A stretch of 64,000 nt of DNA from Eledone cirrhosa (taxonomy: Eukaryota): positions 201,686,001 through 201,750,000 of the forward strand of contig OZ024740.1 of assembly GCA_964016885.1 (NCBI GenBank). The letters are read 5' to 3'. The notes beneath the pieces were generated by a model that was not told where the DNA came from, searched no databases, and worked only from the letters and a program-made list of their open reading frames with translations. Position 1 is the first letter of the stretch. Each line of letters opens with the position of its first letter. A program made the translations under genes and the position numbers. Positions 14,197 to 29,110 of this stretch are shown in pieces.

Positions 14197-17064
14197 TGCA
14201 GTCATGGATTTATGATTAAAGAGTTCACTTGCAACCACCTGCTTTCAAGTTCACTCCTCCTGCGTAGCACCTTGGGCTCATGGTTTCTACAATAGCATCA
14301 AGATGGTTAATGCATTATGAGTGAACAGATTGGCTTCGCAAGCAAGGATTATGAAGGGGCAGTCCACATTGGCTGCAGGTACGTTCGTGGCTGTCCAGGC
14401 CAATGCAAGGTAGACAGGTACAGCTGCAGCTGAATGTCTTGTTAGGGTTTGAGATAGAAATATCTCAAATGTTTAGATACAATACTAAAATGTTCAGATA
14501 CCTTTCTAGAGAGAGAGAGAGATATGGACAAAGACCATCAAGGCTTCAACAACAAAGAATAAAAAGTAGACAGAATAGGGGTAAACTGTGTAATAGTAAC
14601 AAATAATGGTATTATGTAGCCACATACTAAAATAGCTTATTGAGATCTATAAATATGTACTCCCACACTACACAAGAGATGCAGCAAGTAGATTTAACAA
14701 GAATAAAAAGTCTGTGAGACAGGGAGAGAAAAGTACAAAAAGAGGTGGGTGGGTAAAAAGGTGGTATCAAAGACACTGTTATTGTTATTTAAGTCAGCTC
14801 CGATCAAACAGACCTATGATCAAAAGACATGACCATCCCATCTTTATGTTTCTCAGGCACAGTCTATTTGGGATATTGTATATCAAACTGCTTCTGGTGC
14901 TATAATACAAAATCATTTATTTTAAAATGTTTATATTTATCTAAAAACCTCCCATCATAATTTTATGTAAGAACCCTTGTCCTGTTCCAAACATCAGCTT
15001 AATAATGAGAAAATTAGCTTTATCACCGAATCCCTCAAAAGTTTTGATTATTTTCACAAAACTTTGAAAATCATAGGCAGAGTATTTCATTGGAAATATA
15101 ATAATGAAAGCACTAATATATCCATTTAGTAAATTGCACTCAATTGACATGGATTGGATATAATTAAAGGGAGTTGAACAATGAGAATGAATGATATGAG
15201 AATGAATGATAATTCTTGCAGGGAATCAAAGAAGGTAGCAAAATTGTTATCTCAGTCCTTTTATATTATTTTCAACTGGAGGGCTATATATCAAGAGTAA
15301 TGCTCCAGAATTAGCTTTTGGAGTTGCTTCCCTCACACCAATTACTTGTCAATACACAAAGGACCACATTATAGAATATATTAATCCTTTTGGAAGAAGC
15401 TGCTCCTGGTTCATCTGTTTAAAAATATTCATATGTAAATTCTAAAATATTCCAATATAATTTTAAGTGAAAAGCTTTTATTAAATAGTGCACCAAGCAC
15501 TTAATATACCTCAAACTATAAGATATTTTATTAAATCTCTTGAAATTATTGATTATTTTCACAATTTAGTGGATCTTAGAACTGTATATTTCTTTTGAAA
15601 TATAATTAAGAGCTTAAGGTAGCATAAACACAAGAATGGTATCTAAACATTTTAGTAAAAATGGTAGTGCACCTTGTACGTTCTGTAAAGTGGTTGTGCT
15701 GGTGACAGGATAAACTGCACTTTGTAAAATGGTTGGTATTAAGAAGGGCATACAGCTATAGAAACCAGACTGAATATGGAATTTAAGAGTAAGATGTGGT
15801 TCTCCGATCCACCTAGTCTCAGACCATAGCAAACCATCCAACCCAAGCTGGCATGGGAAGCAAAAGAAAAATGATGATGAGATCACACATTTAAACTCAG
15901 TCGTAGAGTGTATTATTTACTCATAATTGAAACAGAAATATCTAAAGTATCTGACTTTAAATTCCTGTTTATTTAGAAAAAAATGAATGTAAAGCAAAAA
16001 TGGATGATATAAAAAGTTTGATATTAGACTGTCTGCAATTCAATATTGGCCATGTCTAGCTTAGCTTCTCCTTCTAGTTTGTATATGTGACCTTGTCAAC
16101 AATCCATTGTTGTCAAAGACAGTCTGCTGAGTCTATTTGAAGTTGTTGGAGTTAAAACAAAAAAGATCTTGGAAACAAAAGAATGTCTGTGGGTTGATGT
16201 AGAACTAATAGGAAAAGTAAATCAGTTTGATAACTAGGTAAGTATATACATAATATAATGAGAAATAGTAACAGAACAAATTTGCATATTGTTCATGGAT
16301 CTAATAAAATGCAGGAGACATGGGTTACAAGTTAATGAAATTGTGTGAAGTGTGCAGTACATGTTGCTAAGCAGTGGTGGAAAATGTGAAGTGTATGTTG
16401 CATGTCTTAATAGCTCCTGATGCAACTGATGTGCAATCCTTAGTCAAAGACAATTTAAAAATAAACACAGCAAGCCTTGTTTCATAGAAGATGGTTTAGT
16501 CGCAGATAGGTTGGTATTAACAGAATTAAGAAAATAGCCTCAGCAATGACAAGGTTTTCTCTATTACAGACAATAGTGCTTCAATTTAAAGAACATGCAT
16601 TTAAACTGGCCATATTTGGCCAGAATTCTCTCACCTCTTTCTGTTCAAACTGGCTGTAACTGGCCACTCATACTTGTTAAAGTATTGTTTTCAAAATAAA
16701 TATTAAAATCTCATAGATTCAATATTATGTGAGATAATTATGTGAGGTAAAGCCTTTACCATGAAGATATAATAGTAAAAATAAAGTAATGTAAATGCTA
16801 AAGGGTTAAGGTGGCTAACTGGTAGAGTGATTAAGCGAGTAGATTCATTGCTTTGTGGTATTTATTCCAGCTCGCCATACTCTGAGTTCAAAGACCACTG
16901 TAGTCAACATTGCCTTTTGTTCTTTCGAGGTCAATAAAATAGAGTAACAATTGTTAAAGTATTTCCTGATAGCATTTGTTCTAGTACTTTACTTTCTGAG
17001 TTCAAATCCTAATTTGATATATTTGGGTGGTAGACTTTCCCTTTTGTTGCCTTTAGCAAAGTAA

Positions 17065-17965
17065 TCCAACAAGGTTTTCAAAAAGCTGGAAGAAGCTGAC
17101 GGGGATTCTACAATAGTAGCCAAACATAAGGCACCTGATAAGGGTCCTAATACAATCAGAACACCATAATTTGTATGAGAGGTGCAGAAAGTTATTGAGA
17201 AGAACCCTAGAAAGTCAGTTAGTGCCATTGCTAAGGAGCTCAAGGTTTCAAGGCACACTATGGAAAGAATTGTGCATGAGGACCTTTGATACAAGTAATA
17301 TGTGATGTAGAGAAGCCAATTCATGTTTGTAAAGACAACAGATAACCATCTGATCAACACAAAGCACTTGTTCAGCAAATTGAAATATCAAGAGCCTGGA
17401 ATGATTTGGTTCTTCTCTGATAAGAAAATCTTTGATCAGAAACCAAAAGGTCAACCAAATGAATGACAGATGGTTATTGCAGAGACCCTAATGGCATTAA
17501 AATAGTCATGCACACAAAGTTTCCAGCAACTGTGATGATTCTGGGGGTCATGAACAATGAGGGAGATGTCATGCTTCTTCACGTCTTTCCTTGGAGCTTA
17601 AAGATCAATACTGCTGACTATAAGGAGGTGTTGTGAGGCATTGGATAGAGAGAGAGCATGGGCAAAGGAAGACTGTACACCTACAAACATGACTGAGCCA
17701 TCGCATAAGTCCAAGACAACCTAAGATCAGGTCACTGCAAAAATATGGCCTCCTAGCTCTCTAGACCTGAATCTGTTGGACTATTATGTAAGGGGCATAG
17801 TCAATAGGGAAGTCAATCAGCACCCCTGTGACACTATAAAATCTCTGAAGTCTGCCATAACTAGCACAATGTCTAAAATAATGGTACATGTCAAAATTTC
17901 AGACCTCTTATTGAATCAGTCATCAGTGCCAATGGTGGATTTATTGAAAAGGTGTGTGAAGTAGA
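17065..17965 (+). pseudogene. Dead Tc1/mariner-superfamily transposase (maT/DD37D-like)
   Basis: Translatable pieces NPRKSVSAIAKELKVSRHTMERIVHEDL*, IWFFSDKKIF, HTKFPATVMILGVMNNEG and WPPSSLDLNLLDYYVRGIV, with stops and frameshifts. Confidence 0.85.
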
Positions 17966-19619
17966 AACTCAAGATTATTAATGCCAATTTTTTCTCAAAT
18001 AAAAAATTTCTTTCATAACTTACACATCTTTTACTAAGTTCATGGACATGTCGCCAAAGAACTGAGCAATGTTGTATGTTCTAGTTAGAAAGTAGAAAAT
18101 AAATGTTTAGAGCTCATTACAAGAATTAAATATGTCCCAGGCACTTGCCTTAAATAGACAACTAGATTATGTGATACAGCATGGGGGCAGGTACAGAGAG
18201 AGAGGTGGGAGTGAAAAGAAAGCATACATTTTTCATTCCAAAGAAAAGCTTGAAAATAATCACAATAGATTTATCAAAAACTTATATAAACTGAATGCCT
18301 ACTTTTGTACCATATATATAAATGTTAAAAATCTTGTTTCCTCTCAAGGAAATAGACAGAAAGGTATCTTCAGAGCATGAGGATAGCATTAACTGTTAAC
18401 AGAAGACTGGTTCAAATAATCATTGAGTTTCACAGCAATAGTATCTGTTTTCTGAACGGCATAAATATGTTTGTAAATAAACAAGAGTGCTGACTGGAAA
18501 GTACTAAATTTGATGCAGTAATTAGCTGAAAGTTAATTGGTGTGAACAGAAATACAAACAAACAGACACAAAATACAGAATTACAGATAAGATGCGTGAG
18601 AAAAGAGAAGGTTCTAGAATATACGGATTAGTCCCAAGTGTAGATGACAGGAAGGGAAACTTTAGAAAGGGTTTTCATGTGTTAAAATATATGTTAAAAT
18701 AGGTACAAGCTATTCATAATAGAACAGCAGATGTTCAGAATGAATACAATATTGTTTAAAAAAAGAAAAATATCGACAAAAACATAGATGTATATATGAA
18801 AATATGGTAAGGATTTTTGCTCTGAAATTACATCAATAGAAAAGTAGGTGAAAGCATGGTTGAGGGTTTAAGAAGTTTGCATTGCAACAGCATGGACTTT
18901 AGTTCAATACCACTGTGTGGTGGTGGTGATATGGTGATATTGATGATGATGATGGTGGTGGTGGTGGTGGTGGTGGTGGTGGTGGTGATGAAGACGGAGG
19001 TAGTGGTGAAGAAAAGTTAGCTAAAATCTTAAAAAGTAGTTTAGTAAGTTTCTTTTCCTGTTTACTTTGGAAGTGAATTACTCCTATTTCACTGAAAATT
19101 AGTTATTACTATTTCAGTCAGTTTTTAAAAAAAGAGTTTGTACAGAAGTACATGATGTCATTGAAGAACAGCTGGTTAAAATATATCCAATAACTTGTGA
19201 GGCATTTATTAATTAATCTCCAGTTATATATACTAAATAAAATCATAGGATGTACCACTACTGATAATATTTCTAATACAATTAAGTGTTATTAACCCTT
19301 TCATAACCATATTTCTCATGAAATAATCTAATTTGATTAATTGATAAAGCATTTTTAGGTATTTACTATAATTTAATTTATTTATCAGATAGTAACTTAA
19401 CACATGGTTCTTACGTAAATATTGTTGGAAGATATTGATTTAAATAGGAACCCTTAAAAATGGGTAGTTGAGTTTCATAGAAGGGCTGGTTTGGGCCAGG
19501 TTGGTATCAGTAGGGTTAATTCAACACAAATTACATATGCTAAATAAAATCGCAGCATTATCGTCTTTTTTACCCACTTCTTTTTTTTTGGGGGGGGGGG
19601 GATACCTTCCAGCAGTTTC

Positions 19620-19990
19620 TGCCAGAAGCAACTGTCTCCAATTAATCTGGTTGGATCCCCAAACAAGACCAGCTGAGCTCATGGATGTTATCCAACCATC
19701 TTGCTCAGGGTCTACACCAGGGTCTCCTGCCAGTCGATTTTGCTCATAAAATCTGTCCAGAGATTGTTTACTGAGATATTCTGACCACATGTCAGTAGTA
19801 TCAGAGCAGTGATCCCTCAATTCAGAGAAGTAGCAGCTCTACCTGGGGTGACACCCAGATCTCCGAGCTATGCACTCCATCAAGTAACGTTACTCCAAAG
19901 ACCCTTCGGAGGAACCCCATTTCGGTTGCTTGTATTCACAGTCATATTCTTTCAGTCATTACACAAGGTTCATAACCATAAGTAAGGGTT
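19620..19990 (-). mobile_element. Degenerate RTE-type LINE 3' fragment
   Basis: Remnants of an LxYGxExW...RR..GVT...PLLL..E...LR...H...RP.GRP.TRW-like coding pattern, with stops and frameshifts. Confidence 0.5.
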
Positions 19991-20558
19991 GACATGAATA
20001 CCAAATTGAACATAGCTCACACCTATGCAGGTTTAGCTGGTCAGCTGTGAGGTTTCATCTCGTATGAGGTTTCTCACATATTTTAATAATAGGAGTCCCA
20101 GTCTAATCATGAAAAGCTACATAAAATGAAACATCCTTCTCAAAAACACAACACACCGCCCAGTCCAGGAATCAAACCTACAACCTTGATTGTGCATTCA
20201 ACACCCTAAACACTAGGTCATGTACCTTTACATATAAACCTGATCACTTCTAGAGTATTCTGGCCTATTTGCTACAGAGTTCCCTCCTTAAAAAAGTGAA
20301 TACAGCATAATTGAATAGTTAAGGAGTTCAGTTTGTAATCACCAAGTCCTAGGTTCAATCCCAGCATGTGGCACCTTGGGCATGTATTATTTACCATAGG
20401 TCAACCCAGACTGTGTGGGTGAAATTGGGTAGACAGAAACTGTTTGGAAGCCTGTCAGATAAACTGTACCTATAATTCAATAGGCCAGATTTGTCACACA
20501 CTCTGTCATGGTGAATTTTCCAAAGAGTTATAGTAAGGATGCTTAGTGACGGTTCTAG

Positions 20559-20880
20559 GAAAATTCCCAGTTGGAAAATTGCCAGCCGGAAGATTGCCCG
20601 TGGGAAAATTGCCATTGAGACAATTGCCAGTGCAGAATATTGCCATTGACAAATTAAAAGACACACACACACATTGACACACACACACACTGACACACTG
20701 GCACACGCACACAGACACACACACACACTGACACATATTCCAAAGCAATGTCAGATAAATAGATTCAAAAACTTAAGTAAAACCTAAAGCACTGGCAATA
20801 TTCCTCACTGGCAATTTTCTCAATGGCAATTTTCCCCATGGGCAATCTTCCGCCCGGCAATTATCCAACCGGGAATTTTC
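20559..20880. mobile_element. Foldback-type MITE with about 90-bp TIRs built of 15-bp subrepeats
   Basis: Left arm 20559-20648 (gaaaattcccagttggaaaattgccagccggaagattgcc...) is the inverted counterpart of 20792-20880. Confidence 0.8.
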
Positions 20881-22803
20881 TGTGCACATATATTAATTTC
20901 ATGAGTAGGCTGTTGAATTAATGAAACAACTGGAACCCTCATCATCAAAACCAATGGAAGTGCATTCCATTCCGTTCTATTCCATTCCATCTTTCTTAAC
21001 CCTTTAGCATTTACATTACTCTATATTTAATATTGTATTTTCGCAGTAAAAGCTTTACCTCACATAATATCAAATCTATGAGATTTTGATATCATTTATT
21101 TTGAAAATAATACCTTAACATTAGTATGGGTGGCCAGTTACAGCCAGTTTGAACAGAAAGAGGTGAGAGAATTCTGGCCAGATACGACCGCTTTAAATGC
21201 TAAAGGGTTCAATGTGCCAAGAATCTTCTGCATTACATTTGTAACACATCATTATTGTCTAACCTAGTCTTCATATGGAAATAAATCTTTTTAGTCATGA
21301 AATTATTATTCCATCCAATTTACACTGAACACTTATCAGATTATTTAGGTAAGATAACTCTACCATTTCTCACCAATGTCAGTAATAATTGCTGTGCATA
21401 TACAGTGCAGTTGAACTATGCAGCTAAACTATTCATATTATTAAGCACATATATACATAACCCGATGGATACATCACACCAAAAACACCAATTCAGCAGC
21501 ATTATACACAAAATAGAAGATATATCACACTTGTTTATACATGATATTGTGAATACTTCACACCATTAACACCTACTCAGCAACAATTATGCATGAAATA
21601 GAAGATATAATGTTACTATGTTGATAATGTAACTGAGACAGACCTTATAAATATGCAAAATAGAATGTGGGTCGAGAATTAATTATGTAAATGTGAAGTT
21701 ATAAAATGATTTCGGACTCAAATATGGCTGAATGGTTAAGAAATTTGCTTTGAGGTCATGATATCCCAGTTTGATTCCACTACATGATATATTTGGCAAG
21801 TGTCTTAACCATAGCCTCAGATTAACCCAAACCTTGAGAGTGAAATTAAGTAGACAGAAACTGGGTGAAATCCTGTTAGTTGGACTGTAATTCAAAGGTC
21901 CAACCTTGACACTTGCTGTGTTACACTGATTAAAAGTACACATGTCCATAGATTACTCAGCTATTTACACATTCATTCAATAAATTAGATGTTCAACCCT
22001 TTCAATACTAAACCATCTGAAATGGTTTCAGGTGGTTCTATGATACAAAGCTGTTTATTTGAAAGTTCTTTGATAAAAAGCTGTTTCTTTTAAAATATGA
22101 TAAAAAGCTGTTTATCTTCAAGTTTATGGTACAAAAATGTTATATATTTATCTAAAAACCTTCCACCATATTTTTATGTAAGAACCTTTGTTATGTTCCA
22201 AACACTAGTAATTATATTACTAAATCCCTTCAAAATCTTGATTAATTTCAAAATAATTTGAAAATTATAGTCAGTGTCATACATTAGAAATGACACCTGT
22301 TACAAAAATAAAAATGACTATGGTTTTGATTGTGGTAATGATAATTGTTTCTACTTTTGGCACAAGGCCAGCAATTATCCAGTGCATTACTGATACTTTA
22401 TTTTATCGACCCCGTAAGGATGAAAGGCAAAGTTAACCTCGGCGGGATTTGAACACAGAATGGCAAGGGCTGTAACTCCATGCATCAAAGCATAGCGTCC
22501 GACCCTCTACCGGTACTGCCAATCCAATAATGATAAGTAATTAGGATAAAATGTAGTTAATGGCTTAATAATATTAATTTATGAGTTCCATCAATTTGAA
22601 AAACAAAACAACTAAGTGAAAATTGGATCCATTTCAATAGGTATTGCTCCATGGCAATGTTTTCACCATCTAGTCTGCAGAATGCACCTGAAATAAAATG
22701 TACTGTCCAACTGAGAATATAGAGTTTGCCCACCTCTCCCTTACTTTCCCTTTTTTTACCCCTTTCCACCCTTTTTTTATGAAAGCAAGATATGTGGACT
22801 TAC

Positions 22804-22861
22804 ATTTGATGAGGTTGACAACTTCAATGTGGTTTAAACTTAGTGCCGATGTACCATTCAC
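22804..22861 (-). CDS. ARHGEF11/12-like: Next coding exon (58 nt) of the same PDZ domain: VNGTSALSLNHIEVVNLIK plus 1 nt
   Basis: Minus strand reads tcttgtcctctccag|GTGAATGGT...CTCATCAAAT|gtaagt. The phase 0 acceptor is compatible with the 30936 donor (intron 8074 bp). The peptide resembles VNGTLVTHSNHLEVVKLIKS of ARHGEF11/12. Confidence 0.88.
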
Positions 22862-24374
22862 CTGGAGAGGACAAGAAAAGCAATAATTAAAAAGAAAAAG
22901 AAAGCAATTAATCTTTAGATTGGATCAAGGAAACAGTGTTTTAATTACTGATACTAACTACCAGTTGCAACTCTTAGTAGAAGCATAACCGCTTTTCCGG
23001 TGAAAAGAGGTGGGATTTGAATTCATAATGCACAGAGCAAGAAGAAATAACATATAATATCCTGCCTGATGTTTTAAAAATACAGCCAATCCACCACATC
23101 TGGATTGTTATTCAATTACTAAACTTGAAAAGATGAAAAGCAAAGATGACCTTGACAGAATTTTAACTCAGAGCATAGAGAGCGGAACCAAATGGTGACT
23201 TTATGTCAATTAAACAAGTGGCAATATTTTAGATACCATCTAGGATGTATGTCTGGATTGACATAAATAATAATTGTTTCTACTTTTTGGCACAAGGCCA
23301 GCAATTACCCAGTGCGATGATGATAATATTTACACTTACTCATTTTCGCTGAAAGGCTTATAATCTAAAAAGACTGTAGTTATATTTACTACATCCTCTG
23401 ATATATATGTTGTGCATAAATATTTATTATTTTTTTAAATAAAAGTAAAAGAAAACAAATCATCAATTTCCTAAATCAGTCATGCAGAACCCAAATTTGT
23501 CTGTTTGGTGTGTGGGTGGGTGTGTGGGTGTGGGGGGGGGGGGGGGTTACTCTTTGAGAAGAATCTATAGGGACAAGAAGTTGCCTTTTGATAAAATGGA
23601 AACATATATCTTGTTTTAACATTTACATTACTATATTATTTACATTATTATGATTATATTTTCACAGTAAAGGCTTTATCTCACATATCTCACATAATGT
23701 TGAATCTGAGATTTTGATGTTATTTATTTTGAGAACAATACCTTAACATCAGTATGAGCAGCTGATTATCACAAGTTTGAACAGAAAGAGGTGAGAGAAT
23801 TCTGGCCAGATCTGGCCAGTTTAAATGCTAAAGGGTTAAATAAAATGGTAGACTTTATATGCAGAATAAAAATAACTTTGAAAAGTCTATAACATTTAAA
23901 TGAAAAAACAATGTTGTCTCTGAAACATTTGGCAGATTGTTCAAAAGCTAAATGCAGTAAACATCTCAATATTTTTGTCAAGACTTAAGTGAACTAGAGG
24001 TAAACAAGAAAGCTATGTAAAAAAAAAAAAAGTAACCAATCTTCATATAAGACCCAAATAAAAATGTTTCTATTGTTCTTTCCACTGCTGATACTATCTG
24101 TCGGTCACAACGCCTGACAGAAGAAAGCGAGATTCGAACTCAGAATGCAGAATACCAGATTAGATATTGCAAAACATCCCATCCAACTCTTTACACATTT
24201 GAATAATCTATCACCTCTGGACTGGTACTTTGTTTATCGACCCCGAAAAGATGGAAAGCAAAGTTGACTGTGGCAGGATTTGATTGCAGAGTGTAGTGAA
24301 CTGAAACAAATACCAAAGTATTTAATCCAATGACTTAACAACTATGGCAAATCGCCAACTATAAGATATAACCA

Positions 24375-24905
24375 TATAGGAGCCTAGCTCATCCTATACA
24401 AGTGTGAACCACAATATCAACTGTATATGAGACCAGTTAAACCTACAAAGGTGTGTGGCTCAACACCAACCTTATAGCAGGCCAGTTAAACCTATATAGG
24501 TGTGGCTCAACTACTTTATAACAACTACAACACCAACCTTATGGAAGGCCAGTTAAACCTACATAGGGCTGAGTCACAACGACCACATAGGACATCAGCT
24601 GAACATACGCAGGTATGAGATAAAACAACCACATACTAGGCAAGCTAAACTTAGATAGTTGTGTCCTACAACATCGTTATACCAGACCAACTAAATCTAC
24701 ACAGGGTTGAGTCACAACAACCAGATAGTAGACCAGTTTAACTTATATCGGTGTGACCTACAACAACTTTATACCAGACCAGTTAAACCTACAGAGGGTT
24801 GAGCCACAACAACCACATACAAGGCCAGCTAAATTTATAGGTGTGAACCACAAAAAAAGAAACATATATAAGGCCAGCAAAACCAACAGGTGCAAACCAT
24901 AACAA
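24375..24905. repeat. Diverged about 39-bp minisatellite (ccagttaaacctac...ggtgtgagccacaacaac)
   Basis: About 13 degenerate units. Confidence 0.8.
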
Positions 24906-27900
24906 CAGCAACATTAACAGAACTATGATTGATAGGAATATGATTATGTTCTAAATGTTAACATTTAAATTAACAGTGACAGAAGTTACCACCACATCAT
25001 ACAACATAGTTAATTAACACCTGCTTCTACTATACTGAACTGTTTGTTTTAAAGTGTTTAGATATTTATCTAATAACCTTCCACCATAATTTTATGTAAG
25101 AATCTTTGTTGTGTTCCAAACACCAGCTTAAAAAGTGAGAAAATTAAGTTATATTACCATATACTGCAAAACTCTTGATTATTTTAAATGTTTGAAAATC
25201 ATATACAGTGTCTTTTATTAGAAATAATTGTTTCTATGTTTGACACAAGGCCAGCAATTTTCACGGAAAGGGAAAGTCAAATAAATCGACCCCAGTGTGT
25301 TACTGGTACTTTATTTTATCGATGTTCATCTATTCTAAAGTAAATTCTTTGACAAGATTTAAATCATATTCTTATATATTTGTCATTATTAAAATGGCTA
25401 TAGGTGACAAATTGACAGACATTAGAGCACACATCAAAATACTCTGTGCTGTTTGTTCTGGCTCTCTGTGCTCTGAGTTTAAATCCTGATTAGGTCAACT
25501 TTGCCTTTCATCCTTTCATAATAAAGTACAAGACCAGGGTAGTAAAATTGTTCGAGCAGAGGATGAGATGTTTTGTAATATTTCTTCTGGCATTTTGTTC
25601 TGAATTCAAATCCTGTTGTGGCCTATATCCATCACCCAGTTTAAAACCACCACCTGGTTCTTGGGTGCCTTTAGCAGGGTCCACACTATTGCAAGCATTC
25701 AGATCTGGTCTCTGATTTGAGGATACCTTCCTATCTCACTCCTACCAGTTGTGGAGGCTTTTGAAAATTTCATGGGTACAGACTTTACCTCCCTGTAACT
25801 AAATATATTTGTAATTACGACAAAGCTTCTACTAAAATCTACACCAAACTCAAGCAAGTATAACCCATAAACCTACACTTAACCCCACTCACCAAATACA
25901 TACTGCATAAGACAAAGTAAAAACCTATCACATCCTTTAAAACCATACCTTAACCATTCCAACATAACAACAAACCTGCACTAATAACTGGTATGAGGGT
26001 AACAGGCATCATCACACTGCAGTCGGCATATTACATGCTTTCTAAACAACTATATATTATATATCACAGCAAACTGTTATAAACACACATAGTTGACTTC
26101 AAAGAAATTATAAAAATTTTCTCCACCATTGTTGGAGTAATTGAATTATCTAAATTCATAAATGGAGCTAATGTAAAGTTAACAGTATTATGAGCCATCT
26201 GATGAGATATAAACTTCAACATATGAGAAAATGATAAGCCTATTTTTAACTAACATACTACACCAGACTTTATTGCAATTAGACAATATCAAATTATATG
26301 AACAAATAAGAACAAAAAGTTTTGAGTTCAAAGCAATTTTGTTTTTAAAATCACATCTGAATTGTATATGAGAATAAATAATATATGACAAATCAAATGA
26401 AAGTCGATTGCATTAACACTAAAGGTAGACATGTATCCAATAATGATTGTGTTGGACCTCCGTCACTTCTCAATGAATATTCCAGTTAATTCAATCAACA
26501 AAACAGCCTGCTTATGAAATTAATGTTCAAGAAGCTGAGCATTATGTACATATGTACCTTTAATGTAGTTCTCAGGGAGATTCAGAATGACTGTTGTGGT
26601 GAACACCCGTTTGGCTTTAAAGAAATGGACTCAGCGGCCTATTATAAAGAAGCAACGTGTTCGGTTGGAGTGTTACTTAAAAGTCTCACGTTTTATAGTC
26701 GGAAATTACAGCTGAGATAAAAATGCTAGTACTCCCCACATCATAGAAAATATAACCAGTTCAAAGGGTTATAAAATACACAGTGTGTGATATGGTTATT
26801 CCATTGAATTACAGGCACTACAGGCACAACACTTTTTCCAGCAGAAGGGACAAGAGCAACATGAAATGAAATGCCATGCTCAAGGAAGCAATGCACCACT
26901 GAGAATTAAACTTGTGACCTTACAATCATGAGCTGAACACCCTAACCACTAAGCCATGTGCCTTCACTCTAATCTTATAGTTTAATGGTGGATGGACATT
27001 TTTTTAAATCTTCGCCATGGAACTCAAAATATTCTGAAAAAATGGATAGTAAATGAATATAATGGGGGAAAGATTTATTGAAATTGTTTTTAAAGAATCT
27101 GAAACAACTACATCATCATCAACATCATAATCATTTTACATGTGCTTTCTATACTGGCTGGAGTTGGATTGGTTGTTATGATATGGAGACAGATCAAGTT
27201 AAGATTATCTATTGCTTATGCTTTCCATGTTTTGCATGGTTTCTACAGTCGAATGCCTCTCCTAATGCCAACCACCTGACAGAGTGTACTGGGTGTATTT
27301 GATTGTGGCACCAGCACTACCATTGTATACAGTGTACTATTTAATGTACTTATTGCATTTTATTTTCATGTTTGTTTTAACTCTTAACATCCTCTAGTGA
27401 TTTAGCAGAAAATACCTAAAAACAAGTTTATTAATTCAAATGTTAACAGCATCTATATTAATGGGTAGATCATTAGGGAAATTTGCAGTATTAGAGTAAA
27501 GACTTTCGTTTTTATGTGATGCAGTTAAAGTACTACTATATACTTTTCAAGAAGGATAGGCATCGCGGGCAGTGTCACAGGTGCAGGGATTCCAATGGGT
27601 GCCGAGTGAGTTTGACGCAAGAAAGGTGGAAGAAACTGTCATAGTTAATGCAATTCTTTCCTTTATTGCGCCTGTTGTGATTGGAGCATGAGTGACACTG
27701 ATCAACACCCTATGGGGTGGAAGGCTAAGGAAAGGTGGGGTGGAAGGGTAGGGAGAGGTGGTCATTTTAATTGGCATGTTAGAGGTGGAAGCAGAAAATT
27801 GTAATTAGGGAGAGTACCAGGGAAGTTGGTACATGTGTAGAAGGATAGAAGAAGGGAGAAGTAGAAAGAGAGTGATGGGGGGGGGGGGGATAGCTGTGTG

Positions 27901-28539
27901 GAGAGATAGAGAGAAGGAATGAATGGAAGATTGGATAGGAAGTGCTAGTGAGGATGAGAGGTGGGTGGGTTCTATAAAGGGAGAGAGTATATAGAACTAA
28001 ATTTAATAGGTGGCATTTATTTGGGCGTGCAAGAACTATTTAATATGATAGAGAAATGTTTTCAACAATTTTGCACTTAGAATATTTTAGTAGAGCAAGA
28101 TGGAGATTAGAAGGTAAGAGAAAGTGTGTGATTGAATTAGAAAGGGAGTGAAAGATGTAGGAGAGGCAAGTTAGAGAAAGAAGCAAAGGAGGAATGTTTG
28201 TGTGTATGTGAGTGAGGGGTGGAGAGAAAGGAAGAACAAGAGAGGGAGCTGTGAGAGAAAGAGTATGGTTGAGATAGAAAAAGGGTGAAAAGGATATGAA
28301 GAGTGAAAGATGGTGGTGAGGATGCAGATTAGAGAATGAAGGAAGGGGAGGAAATGTTTGTATGTGAGGGATAGTGGGAGAGAAAACGAAGGAGAACATG
28401 GAAGGAGATGAGAGAAGAAAAGAGGATTAAAAGAAAATAAGAAGCAGGAGAGAGAGAGAGAAACACTATTATAGATTAGCAGTATTATGATTCATAACAG
28501 AGGTGTATATGAAGGAATAGAGGCTATATTTATGTATAA

Positions 28540-29110
28540 CTAGCAGAATGGCCCGCGTTGCTCGGGATTTGCTCTAGTTTTCTTATATATTTGATATATA
28601 TTTATCCTTATCGGGCCTCATGAAATAAATACATTTGTTTATATTTTGTTACTGTGTATGCAAAAATATCTGTACACGAATATATAATTATATAACACAT
28701 TAAAGTTTAAGCAAAGAATCGCTGCTTTCACCCTTAACGGGATCTTCCGAAACTAAAAAAATTCATCTGTGAACGCAGAAGTAAATATTTCGAAAAATGT
28801 TACACAATATATATATATACACACACAGCGACATCATAATGTTGTAATGCAGACAGCCAGACATGCAAACAGATATTATAACGGCACAACGTTATATCTA
28901 TGTATCTATCTAAAAAAAAAGACTAAGAATTATAGAGATCGCTAATGCGGTCCCTAGGGCTTTGAAAATTTGAAATATTTTTTGCCCAAAACACTCACAG
29001 GACCATAATAAGTATTACATGTGTAAAGTTTGAAAACAATCGGTTGGGTGGTTCTCGAGTTTTAGGGAGTCAGACAGACAGACAGACATTCTCTGTTTTA
29101 GATATATAGA
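28540..29110 (-). mobile_element. Non-autonomous Helitron, 571 bp
   Basis: Minus strand a|TCtatatatctaaaacagagaatgtctgtctgtctg...cccgagcaacgcggg ccattctgCTAG|t: AT target, subterminal hairpin, no TSD. Confidence 0.85.

Noticed and set aside
15345-15415. Possible minus-strand exon after ttttaaacag (EPGAASSKRINIF...)
   Set aside because: Weak polypyrimidine tract and no recognisable homology.
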